From Thermoplasmata archaeon (GTDB lineage Archaea > Thermoplasmatota > Thermoplasmata > Lutacidiplasmatales > UBA184): a DNA stretch of 64,000 bases. Positions 45,025 through 53,251 of this stretch are shown here, piece after piece (positions within the stretch are counted from its first letter, which is position 1; the number at the start of each line of letters is the position of its first letter). The translations under genes were made by a program, and so were the position numbers. The notes under the pieces were generated by a model. It was not told the DNA's origin and ran no database searches. It worked only from the letters and a program-made list of their open reading frames with translations. The stretch is taken from the NCBI GenBank assembly GCA_050749685.1, contig JBOGRS010000001.1:1920-65919 (forward strand), read 5' to 3'.

Positions 45025-47223
45025 TCACACGAGTTTAAGGACTCGTGCCACGCGCTCGGGGGTGGCGGGAAGCTCGAGGACCCGTGCCCCGGTGGCGTCG
45101 GCGATCGCGTTGGCGACGGCGGCCGCGACGGGGATGATCGCAGGCTCGCCGACCCCCTTCGCGCCGAATGGTCCAGCGCCCCGGAAGCCCTCGATCGTTC
45201 GGACCTCGATCGGCGGCACCTCGCCGAGCGTCGGGACGCGATAGTCGAGGAGTCCGGGGTTGAGGAGGCGGCCCTCCGGGGTCCAGAGCGACTCCTCGGT
45301 GAGCGCCTCCCCGAGGCCCATCGCCACGGCGCCCTCGACCTGGGCCTGCACCATCGCGGGGTCGAGGGCGACGCCCACGTCCAGGAACGCCGCGGAGCGG
45401 ATGGGCCGGACCCGGCCCGTTTGGCGGTCGACCTCGACCTCGCAGAGGTTCACGCTCGCCGTGAAGTCGGTGTACGGGTAGAACGTCCCCGAAAGGACGC
45501 GGGACTCGTCCATCTCCCCGGAGCGGCCGTAGTGCTTCCCTTCGGCGACGAGCCCTCCCTGGGCGCGTTCCTCCGGGGTGAAAAGCTCGACGACCGATCG
45601 CGACCGTCTTCCCGCGAGCGCCACGATCCGGTCGCGTCGGCGGGCGAGGCGCACCGGCTCGGTCGCTCCCCACCGCTCGGCGAGGGTGGTCGCGATCGTG
45701 CGCGCCGCCTGCTCGACGGCCTGCCCGAGAGCCCCGACGGTCCGGCTGCCGAAGACCCCGGAGTCGAACGGCGCGTGCGCGGTATCCATGGCCTCGACCC
45801 GCACCACGTCCTCGGGAAGTCCGAGCACGCGCACGGCGACCTGGGTGAGCCCCCCGAGGACGCTCCCGCTCCCGATGTCGTGCTCGACCTGCTCGATCAC
45901 GAGCTCGCGGTCGCTCAAGCGAAGGCGCGCCTCGCCTCCCGCCCCCGTGCCCGTGGACCAGAATCCGCAGCCGATCCCGAGCCCGTGGTGCGCGGGGAGG
46001 TCGCGGCGCCACCGCTCGGAGAGCTCCTTCGCCTTCCCGAGGGCCTCGCGGAGCCCGAACGGACCGACGCGCTGGCCGAGCAGGGTCCGGTCCCCTTCCG
46101 TCCACGCGTGCGCGAGGCGGAAGTCGACCGGGTCCGCACCGAGCCGACGCGCGAGCCCGTCCATGTGGGATTCGGCGGCGAACGCGCACTGCGGGGCGAA
46201 CGGCGCGCGATGCGGGCCGAACGGGGGTTTGTTCGTTCGTACGGCGTAGCCTTCGAGCTCGAACGCTCCCACCCGATACGGCCCGGAGAGGAAGCCGATT
46301 GCGAACCCGGTGGCGAAATCGCGGCCGGGGAGGGACGCCCCGGCGTCGAGGAGCAATCGGACGCGGCGCCCGGTGATCGCCCCGTCGCGGACCGCCGTGT
46401 CGAGGCGGATCACCGAGGGCAGGGTGGAGCGGGCGAGGAGGAACTCCTCCCGGTACGACAGCTCCAGCTTCACCGGTCGACCGGACGCCGCGGCGAGGAG
46501 GAGCGCGTACGGCTCGAGGAAGGCGGACGCCTTGCCCCCGAACCCGCCCCCGACCCACGTGCCGTCCACGACGACCGAGGATTCCGGGACCGCGAGGAGC
46601 GTGGAGACATCCTCTCTCACGGCAAACGGGCTCTGGGTGGAGGTGCGGACCGACCAGCGCCCGTCCGTGACGCTCGCGAGACACGCGTGCGGTTCGAGGG
46701 CGACCTGCTGGATGCCGCTCGTCCGGTACGTCTCCGAGTAGAGGAGGTCCGCGTTCGTGAACGCCGCCGCGAGGTCGCCCTCGCGGGCGTGGACGTGGGC
46801 GATCACGTGGGGGGCGTGCTCCGCCTCGGGGCCCGGCCACTCCGGGAAGATCTCCTCGAGATCGGCGGCCACGGGGCGTTCGTCCACCTCGATGCGGACG
46901 GCGCGGACCCCGGCGCGCGCCGCCGCGAGCGTCTCGGCCGCCACCGCCGCGACGGGCTGAAAGCGGTAAAGGATCTCGGGGTCGGGGAAGATCGGGCGCT
47001 CGGGGTCGCCACCCCCCTTCGGAACGAGCGCGCGCACCTCCTTCGGTCCGATCGCGGCGACCACGCCCGGGACCTGCCGGGCCGGTGCGAGGTCGAGCGT
47101 GCGGACGTCACCGTGGGCGCTGGGCGCGAGGACGAGCGCCCCCCAGAGCATGCCCGAGGCCTCCAGGTCCGGTCCGTACTCGACCCGGCCTTCCACCTTC
47201 GGGCGGGCGTCGGGTCGGGTCAT
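45025..47223 (-). CDS. molybdopterin-binding large subunit of xanthine dehydrogenase/CoxL-family hydroxylase
   Basis: ATG 47223 overlaps the small-subunit stop (ATGA). 732 aa. ..KVEGRVEYGPDL.., GGGFGGK, QSPF..R, GSR, GEPAIIPVAAAVANAI. Confidence 0.8.
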   Translation of the reverse strand: MTRPDARPKVEGRVEYGPDLEASGMLWGALVLAPSAHGDVRTLDLAPARQVPGVVAAIGPKEVRALVPKGGGDPERPIFPDPEILYRFQPVAAVAAETLAAARAGVRAVRIEVDERPVAADLEEIFPEWPGPEAEHAPHVIAHVHAREGDLAAAFTNADLLYSETYRTSGIQQVALEPHACLASVTDGRWSVRTSTQSPFAVREDVSTLLAVPESSVVVDGTWVGGGFGGKASAFLEPYALLLAAASGRPVKLELSYREEFLLARSTLPSVIRLDTAVRDGAITGRRVRLLLDAGASLPGRDFATGFAIGFLSGPYRVGAFELEGYAVRTNKPPFGPHRAPFAPQCAFAAESHMDGLARRLGADPVDFRLAHAWTEGDRTLLGQRVGPFGLREALGKAKELSERWRRDLPAHHGLGIGCGFWSTGTGAGGEARLRLSDRELVIEQVEHDIGSGSVLGGLTQVAVRVLGLPEDVVRVEAMDTAHAPFDSGVFGSRTVGALGQAVEQAARTIATTLAERWGATEPVRLARRRDRIVALAGRRSRSVVELFTPEERAQGGLVAEGKHYGRSGEMDESRVLSGTFYPYTDFTASVNLCEVEVDRQTGRVRPIRSAAFLDVGVALDPAMVQAQVEGAVAMGLGEALTEESLWTPEGRLLNPGLLDYRVPTLGEVPPIEVRTIEGFRGAGPFGAKGVGEPAIIPVAAAVANAIADATGARVLELPATPERVARVLKLV

Positions 47224-47696
47224 CCGACCTCCGATCGCGCCCGACGGACCGCGCGCGCGATCGCCGCATAGCCGGTGCACCGGCACAGGTTGCCCTCGAG
47301 GTCGCGCAGGACCGGTGCGTCGTCCTCGCCCGCGCGCGGTTCCTTGAGGCGGCCGGTGAGCGCCATCACGAAACCCGGCGTGCAGTAGCCGCACTGGACC
47401 GCGCCCTCCGACACGAACGCGTCCTGGACGACGCGGCCGACCGGGTCCCGGCTGATCCCTTCCACGGTGAGGATCGCCGTTCCGTCGAGCTCGTGCGTCA
47501 GGGCGAGGCACGCGAGCGTGGTGCGCTCGTCGACGAGGATCGTGCACGCTCCGCACGCCCCGCTGCGGCAACCCTCCTTGGTCCCCTTGAGGTGGAGGCG
47601 CCAGCGCAGTGTGTCGAGCAGGCGTTCGGCGTCCGGGACGTCCTCGAGCTCGACCCGACGGCCGTTGACCTTCAGGCGAAGGACGGCGTGCGTCAC
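47220..47696 (-). CDS. [2Fe-2S] small subunit of molybdenum hydroxylase
   Basis: GTG 47696 overlaps the FAD-subunit stop (GTGA). CRSGACGACT, CGYCTPG, CRCTGY. Confidence 0.85.
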   Translation of the reverse strand: MTHAVLRLKVNGRRVELEDVPDAERLLDTLRWRLHLKGTKEGCRSGACGACTILVDERTTLACLALTHELDGTAILTVEGISRDPVGRVVQDAFVSEGAVQCGYCTPGFVMALTGRLKEPRAGEDDAPVLRDLEGNLCRCTGYAAIARAVRRARSEVG

Positions 47697-48562
47697 CGCG
47701 GCCTCCGTCGCACCGCGCGTACGGGGGGTGGGAGAAGGTCGGCACGCCGAACCGCCTGACGGACGAGCGTCGCGACGAGACGCCGACGATACGCCTCGGT
47801 CGCGCGCTTGTCGGTGACGAACGGGGCGTGTTCGGAGGCCTGCTGGGCCGCGAACTCGATCTCGAGGTCGCTCGGGTGACGGGCGGTCAGCGCCCCCTCC
47901 GACTCGGGGAGACGGATCGCGCGCGGAGGCAGCCCGCCGAGCGCGACGCGCCAGCCCCCGCGGCCCGTCGGCGCCGCCGCCGCGACCCCGACCTGGGAGA
48001 TGTCGTTCGCCGGTCGAACCCGCTGCCAGACGTAGGCGCACGGCGACGCCTCGGGAATCGTCACGGAGTGGATGAGCTCCCCCCGCGCGAGGGTCGTCTG
48101 GCGCGAACCGACGAGGAAGCGGTCGAGCGGGGTGGTGCGGGCGCCGCCGGGGCCGAGCACGTTGACGCGCGCGTCGAGCGCGAGGAGGACCGGAAGAAGG
48201 TCGGACGCGGGTGCGGCGCGGCCGACGTTCCCCCCGAGGGTCGCGCGGTGGCGCAGGGCGACGCTCCCGACGGCCCCGAGCGCGTCGAAGAGGCCCGGAA
48301 GTTCGCGTCGCACCCTCGGGTCGGCCTCGAGCTCGCTCAGCGGCAGGGTGCTCCCGACGGTGAGCTCGCGGTCCCGCCACGTCCGAAAGCTCCACGGAAG
48401 CCGACGCAGGGAGACGACCCGCTTCGGGTTCGTTCTCCCGTCATCGAGGTCGAGCAGGAGGTCCGTGCCGCCGGCGATCGCGACCGCGTCCCCTTCGCTC
48501 CCGGCCGCCAGGAGGTCGAACGCCTCCTTCGGGTCCTTCGGAGCGACGAGCGCGAAGTCCAT
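47693..48562 (-). CDS. FAD-binding medium subunit of molybdenum hydroxylase
   Basis: ATG 48562 (MDFALVAPKD..), 289 aa. IAGGTDLL and ATLGGNV motifs. Confidence 0.8.
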   Translation of the reverse strand: MDFALVAPKDPKEAFDLLAAGSEGDAVAIAGGTDLLLDLDDGRTNPKRVVSLRRLPWSFRTWRDRELTVGSTLPLSELEADPRVRRELPGLFDALGAVGSVALRHRATLGGNVGRAAPASDLLPVLLALDARVNVLGPGGARTTPLDRFLVGSRQTTLARGELIHSVTIPEASPCAYVWQRVRPANDISQVGVAAAAPTGRGGWRVALGGLPPRAIRLPESEGALTARHPSDLEIEFAAQQASEHAPFVTDKRATEAYRRRLVATLVRQAVRRADLLPPPVRAVRRRPR

Positions 48563-48655
48563 GCTCCCCGCAGCGGAGTCGGCGGGAAAAGCGTTTGTCG
48601 CCGTCCCCCGCCCGGTCCTTTTATCCCCACATCGACTTCTCCGCGGGAGCCCGCC

Positions 48656-49177
48656 ATGCCTTTCGAGCTCGCGCTCCGCTACAGCACTCCGCTCACGCCG
48701 ATTCCGGAGCTCGAGGAAGTGCTGCGCGAGTTCCTCCGGCTGATCGGCTATCTCCCCGTGGGCGAGGAGGGTCGAGGCACCGAAGGGCCGATCGCGCAGA
48801 GCCTCGCCTACCGCCTCGTGCGCGACTGCCTGCTGAAGGACCCCGCGCGACCGTGGTACGTCGAGGAGCTCATCGCGGTCCTGGGCACGTCGAAGGCGAC
48901 GGTCTACCGGCACATCAACAAGCTGAAGTCCCTCGACCTTCTGGAGGAGGTCGGGGGGATTGCCGACGGGAAGGGGCGCAAGGCCTACCGGCTCCGCTAC
49001 GGGAACCTGGCCCGCGCGTGGGACTTCACCGAGGCGAACGCCCAGAACGCCCTGCGTCGATATCGGGAGACCGTGGACCATTTGCAGCGATTGATCGAAC
49101 GAGCCCGGGAGGAGAACGCCCTCAAGAGCACGACCACGGCGAAACCGATCGCGCGCGACAAGGCGGGGGGACGATGA
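48656..49177 (+). CDS. winged-helix transcriptional regulator
   Basis: ATG 48656, 173 aa. wHTH WYVEELIAVLGTSKATVYRHINKLKSLDLLEEV...KAYRL. CTTTTATC box at 48618-48625. Divergent from the hydroxylase operon. Confidence 0.6.
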   Translation: MPFELALRYSTPLTPIPELEEVLREFLRLIGYLPVGEEGRGTEGPIAQSLAYRLVRDCLLKDPARPWYVEELIAVLGTSKATVYRHINKLKSLDLLEEVGGIADGKGRKAYRLRYGNLARAWDFTEANAQNALRRYRETVDHLQRLIERAREENALKSTTTAKPIARDKAGGR

Positions 49178-49485
49178 GCCCGGACGCGAGCGGTGCCGCC
49201 GCGAAGAAGGTGAGCGTGGCGCTCACCGTGGGGTCGAAGGTCCGCGTCCGCAGCGCCGGGAGCCAGGACGAGGCGCTCATCTCGGTCGGGACCTTCCGCG
49301 GGCTCGTGAGCGTCGGAGGGGACAACTCGCTCGCGATCGAGCTCGAGGGAGGGGCGAGCGACGAGAAGGGCCACATCCGGCTCATCCCGACGAACGCTCT
49401 GTTCGCGGTGGACATCCTCGAGGCGGCGAAGCCCGCCGAAGAGGAGAAACGGACCGAACCGGGCGCCACCGCCTACTTCCGGTAG
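49174..49485 (+). CDS. hypothetical small beta-rich protein (103 aa)
   Basis: ATGA overlap with the regulator gene. MSPDASGAAAKKVSVALTVGSKVRVRSAGSQDEALISVGTFRGLVSVGGDNSLAIELEGG..IRLIPTNALFAVDILE. Confidence 0.5.
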   Translation: MSPDASGAAAKKVSVALTVGSKVRVRSAGSQDEALISVGTFRGLVSVGGDNSLAIELEGGASDEKGHIRLIPTNALFAVDILEAAKPAEEEKRTEPGATAYFR

Positions 49486-49496
49486 CGGGACGCGGA

Positions 49497-49604
49497 CGGG
49501 CTTGCTGGGAGTGTCGCGTCGCCGGGCGCCGGCCCGCCGACGTTTCGAACCCAGGTCTTTGGCTTCGAAGGCCAAAAGGATAGTCCAGACTACCCTACAA
49601 GCCC
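49497..49604 (-). tRNA. tRNA-Arg (anticodon UCG) with 33-nt insertion in the T-loop (candidate non-canonical intron)
   Basis: Minus strand 49604->49497: GGGCTTG-TA-GGGT-AGTCTGGACT-ATCC-TT-TTGGC-CTTCGAA-GCCAA-AGAC-CTGGG-TTCGAA[insert 49543..49511]T-CCCAG-CAAGCCC-G. Acceptor stem 7/7, D stem 4/4 (one GU), anticodon stem 5/5. The T stem is 5/5 only after the insert is removed. U8, A14, GG18-19, U33 and TTC54-56 all fit. No encoded CCA. Confidence 0.7.
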
Positions 49605-49628
49605 GCGGGCGGCGTTAGCCCCGGTCGC

Positions 49629-49637
49629 GTATTTGGG
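49629..49637 (-). promoter_or_regulatory. TATA-like box (CCCAAATAC on minus strand) for the tRNA gene
   Basis: Lies 25-33 nt upstream of the inferred tRNA 5' end at 49604. Confidence 0.4.
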
Positions 49638-49658
49638 CGTTCCCCCGACGCGAGCGCC

Positions 49659-52600
49659 TCAGGTCGGCGGGGCCGTTACCGAGGGTGCCGCCGGGCCGTA
49701 CGTCTCGAGCGTCGTCTGGGCGAGCGCGCCCGGGAAGAGGGTGGCGAGGGACGACTCGAGCAGCTGGATGCGCTGGCGCAGATAGTCGGTGACCCCCGGA
49801 GTCGCGGCGAGACGCTGGGAGAGTCCCAGGTACTTCTTGACCGCCCCCTCGTAGACGGTCGGCAGGAGGTCGCCGCCGCACGGCGTGGCCCGAGCGCTCG
49901 CGGCCGAGCAGCGACCGGTGAGCGGCGGCCGGCGGTAGGACTCGCCGCAGACCTTGCAACGGAACTTCTGGGTCGCGAAGCTCTTCATGTTGCCCATGAG
50001 GTCGGGCAGGAAGTGCGAGTTGAGGACCAACGTGACCGCATCGGCAACGTCGACGCTGCGCAGCTGGACCGTGAGCGTGAGCGCCTGCTCCACGATCCGA
50101 CCCATCGACCCCGCCTCGCGATAGGCGGAGTAGACCGGCCCGCCGGCGATGTCCGTCGTATCGTGGGTGAATCCGGCGCCGCGGAACGGGTCGTCCCGGG
50201 CGAGGCGCCGCGCCATCGTCTCGATGAGCGGCTCCACCTCCTTCGGGCTTTTCCCGAGGGCCGCCGCGCGGTAGAGGGCGAGGGGATAGCGGGTGACGAG
50301 GTCGACGTTGTGGGCCTCCTTGTCGACCTCCGTCGGGTCGAGGCGGGTCGTGAGGACGAGCGGCTTATCCATGAGGGCGCCGCGGCTTTGGGGAAGGTAG
50401 GCCCGCGAGAAGTTGAGGAGCGCGTCCATGAGGAGCGTCACCGAGTCCTCGTCGCCGTCGCAGTTGCGGCGCTTGGCGGCGTGGAAGACCGGGTGCGCGA
50501 AACACGCCTCGGCCTCCGTGAACCCCACGATCCGTCCGGCGACCCCTCCGGACGTGTGCGGGGCGAGGGCGACGACGATCGCCCCGATGAGGTCTTCCGG
50601 CCGGCCGGCCCGGTAGAACGCGTCCGTCGCGTAGAGGCGCACCAGCTCGTCGTCGACGAATTGGGCGAGGTGCAGGAGGTAGGTCCCGCACGACCGCGAC
50701 ACGATGATGTCCTGGGGTCGCAGCTCGACCAGTTGGTCGCCCTCGGTGAGGGGAGCTCCCGTCCAGTCCATCGCGTACCCGAGGGCGTGCGCCGCTTCGA
50801 TCGACAGTCCGATCTCGCGGGGCCGAACGTGCGTGAGCGGGAGGTCGGTGAGGTCGAAGCGCGCGGTGCCGTCCTGATAGACCGAGATCCCGTGGGAAGC
50901 GCGCAGGATCCCCTTCTCGAGGATCTCGGGGACCTTGCCGGGGGAGGTGAGTCCCTTGACCCCCTTGACCTCGGGGACCTTGCGCAGGTGCAGGCGGGAC
51001 GTCGCTTCGGCCCAGATCGGTGCGACGGGAAGGAGCTCGTTCACGACGTCGCCGGTCGCTTCGGTGTGGGTCCCGCACGGGCAGCGGAGCCAGACCGTCC
51101 CCTTCCCGCACGCGGGACAGACGCGACGACCGAGCGGCACCTTCACGCCCTGCGCGAGCGTGCGTCGCGCCGCCTCGGCGACGGAGCGCTGGGCCCCTCC
51201 CGCGTCGCCCAGCGGGAAGAGAACGTGGACGTTCGGGCTCATCTTGCGCTGACGCGCCTTCTCGGGGCGGCCCACCCGTGCACCGACGCGGGTCGGGGCC
51301 CGCGCCCGAACCTCCACGCCGCTCCATCGGCTCACGAGGGCGATCGGGTCGTCGCCCAGCGGTTCGACGGGGCTCCGCCGGGCGATCGCACCACGCTCGA
51401 GGGCGAGGCCGAGCCCGGCGAGGAAGGCGGGAGCGAGTCCGGGGTCGACGACGAGATTGCCCGTCGTGCCGCGGGCGTGGAGGACGCCGAGCCGCACGAT
51501 CCGTTCGCGCTCGGGATCGTCCCAGGGAAGGTGGAGCGTCTCCTCCGTCCAGCTCCCGTGGCGCTCGACGAACCCGGAGAGCTCGCCCAGCTCCGACGTG
51601 GTGAGGTCGTGCCAGAAGAGGAGGTAGCGGGGATGGAGCGGGATCCCGTTCTCGCGCGCGACGGCGAGAGCTTCGGCCCACGTGGGTGCGAGGAGCTGAG
51701 GGCCCTCGGGGACGCCGCGTGCCCGAGCCTCCTCGAGGTGCCAGTCGAGGGTGTAGGCCGCGGGGGCGAGGGGACGGTTGTTCTCGAGGAATTCGCCGAA
51801 CGGGACGAGGAGCGCGCCCAGGTCGATGATGCGCGATACCTCGGGAAGGATCGCCTCCGCGTGTCGGAGGTCGTGGACGGCGGTCACGGTGCCGTCGGTG
51901 AGCTCCACGATCGGACCCTCGATCGTGTCGCAGAGGCCCATCGCCGCGGCCTTTCCCGGGAACTCGAGCTTGATCTGGGTGCCGACGGCGACGAAGCGGC
52001 GAAGGATCACCATCGTGGCCGGGTTGATGGCGCACGCGGCGAGGCCCGACGTGCGCGCGCGGCCGTAGGTGAGACGGAACCCGCCGGGGCGATGCGGGTA
52101 GCCCAAGATCGGGCGGCCGCCGAGCGCCTCGGCGAGGTACTTCGGCGAGGCGCTCGCCTCGGCATCGAGGCTCTTGTGCCGGCCCAACTGCTGGAGGAAC
52201 TCCCACCCCGGGACGCCGAGGCGTTCGACAATCTTGCGGATCTTCTCCGACTTCTGACAGAGTCCCTCGGCGATCACGAGGCACATGCCGCCCCGGATCC
52301 CGTTCGTCGTGACGCGCGGGAGGTTGCGGAAGGCGCTCACCTCGGCATCGCCTTCGGTGGCCTCGCCCGAGATGCACACGGGGACGTTGCGCGCGACCGC
52401 CTCGATCTCGAGAGCGCTCGGTACGTACTGGAGGTGCTGAAGGTGCTTGTAGAGCGGGATCTCCTCCTGGTACCGGCCGATCTCGTCCGGGTCCGGCCGG
52501 TACTCCGACAGACCGAGGTCGCGGCGGACCAGGTCCGCGAGGAGGACGGAGAGCGCTTGGGCCGTTCCACCGGCCGCACGGATCGGGCCGGCGTAGTAGA

Positions 52601-53003
52601 GTTCCACGTACGGCGTGCCGGCGCGCGACTCCCTCAGGTGGACCTCGGCCAATCCCTCGAGGGGCGCGACCAGGATGCCCTCCGTGAGGATCGCGAGCCC
52701 GACGCGCAGCGCGCGGTCGATCCTCGCTTCGAGCCCGTCCTCCCGCGACGCGTCCGACGCGAGACGTCGGGCCATCGTGAGCGCGACGTCCTCACGCGAC
52801 ATCGTCTTCGACAGGTCGCGGATCTCGGTGGAGATCCCGTCGAGGTGAAGGTGGCCGAGCAACTTCTCGACGCGCATCGCCATGTCCTGCGCGCGAGGGA
52901 TCTCGGGGGTGAGCTCAGGGTCGAGCCCCTGCCGCCGAGCCTTCTCCGCCGCGTCGTAGGCGCGCCCGACGGCGCTCTCGATACGAGCGAAGTACGCCTG
53001 CAC
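49659..53003 (-). CDS. DNA polymerase II (PolD) large subunit DP2
   Basis: GTG 53003 was chosen. VQAYFARIESAVGRAYDAAEKARRQGLDPELTPEIPRAQDMAMRVEKLLG is a typical DP2 N-terminus, and the 55 upstream codons of the track ORF are Arg/Ser-rich. Zn modules CPACGKGTVWLRCPCG and FRCKVCGESYRRPP..CGGDL. 1114 aa, no intein. Confidence 0.9.
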   Translation of the reverse strand: MQAYFARIESAVGRAYDAAEKARRQGLDPELTPEIPRAQDMAMRVEKLLGHLHLDGISTEIRDLSKTMSREDVALTMARRLASDASREDGLEARIDRALRVGLAILTEGILVAPLEGLAEVHLRESRAGTPYVELYYAGPIRAAGGTAQALSVLLADLVRRDLGLSEYRPDPDEIGRYQEEIPLYKHLQHLQYVPSALEIEAVARNVPVCISGEATEGDAEVSAFRNLPRVTTNGIRGGMCLVIAEGLCQKSEKIRKIVERLGVPGWEFLQQLGRHKSLDAEASASPKYLAEALGGRPILGYPHRPGGFRLTYGRARTSGLAACAINPATMVILRRFVAVGTQIKLEFPGKAAAMGLCDTIEGPIVELTDGTVTAVHDLRHAEAILPEVSRIIDLGALLVPFGEFLENNRPLAPAAYTLDWHLEEARARGVPEGPQLLAPTWAEALAVARENGIPLHPRYLLFWHDLTTSELGELSGFVERHGSWTEETLHLPWDDPERERIVRLGVLHARGTTGNLVVDPGLAPAFLAGLGLALERGAIARRSPVEPLGDDPIALVSRWSGVEVRARAPTRVGARVGRPEKARQRKMSPNVHVLFPLGDAGGAQRSVAEAARRTLAQGVKVPLGRRVCPACGKGTVWLRCPCGTHTEATGDVVNELLPVAPIWAEATSRLHLRKVPEVKGVKGLTSPGKVPEILEKGILRASHGISVYQDGTARFDLTDLPLTHVRPREIGLSIEAAHALGYAMDWTGAPLTEGDQLVELRPQDIIVSRSCGTYLLHLAQFVDDELVRLYATDAFYRAGRPEDLIGAIVVALAPHTSGGVAGRIVGFTEAEACFAHPVFHAAKRRNCDGDEDSVTLLMDALLNFSRAYLPQSRGALMDKPLVLTTRLDPTEVDKEAHNVDLVTRYPLALYRAAALGKSPKEVEPLIETMARRLARDDPFRGAGFTHDTTDIAGGPVYSAYREAGSMGRIVEQALTLTVQLRSVDVADAVTLVLNSHFLPDLMGNMKSFATQKFRCKVCGESYRRPPLTGRCSAASARATPCGGDLLPTVYEGAVKKYLGLSQRLAATPGVTDYLRQRIQLLESSLATLFPGALAQTTLETYGPAAPSVTAPPT

Positions 53004-53027
53004 GCTCGACCGAGTCGCTCCCCTTCG

Positions 53028-53033
53028 CTTAAA
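53028..53033 (-). promoter_or_regulatory. TATA-like box (TTTAAG on minus strand) for DP2
   Basis: 25-30 nt upstream of GTG 53003, which is leaderless geometry. Confidence 0.4.
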
Positions 53034-53251
53034 CGTAACCCGTGACGGCCACGTCGGAGCTCGCGCCCCCCGTCCGCTCCGTCGTGATCGCGTCGACCCG
53101 CTCTCGAGCGACGGCCACCTCGTTGGGTACGTCGACGCGAAACCCGTCGAGGCACGACGGCGAGTCAAAACAAACGTTTAAGTAGGAATTCTCGAGATGC
53201 TTCCCCAGAGCGTATGACGCTCGTCTGACAAACAGCGCGAGGAACAGAACG

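Noticed and set aside
44917-47271. 784-aa plus-strand ORF and 601-aa out-of-frame minus-strand ORF (45035-46840)
   Set aside because: They are shadows of the molybdenum hydroxylase large subunit.
48595-49604. A tRNA gene next to a wHTH gene and a small ORF; considered as the edge of an integrated element
   Set aside because: There is no integrase, no duplicated tRNA 3' segment, and only two small genes before the conserved metabolic operon. The T-loop insert restores a perfect tRNA, which fits an intron better than an att scar.
50013-53045. 1010-aa plus-strand ORF and 670-aa out-of-frame minus-strand ORF (50365-52377)
   Set aside because: Both overlap PolD DP2, which has clear DP2 N-terminal and zinc-finger signatures. 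The alternatives are Arg/Pro/Gly-rich.
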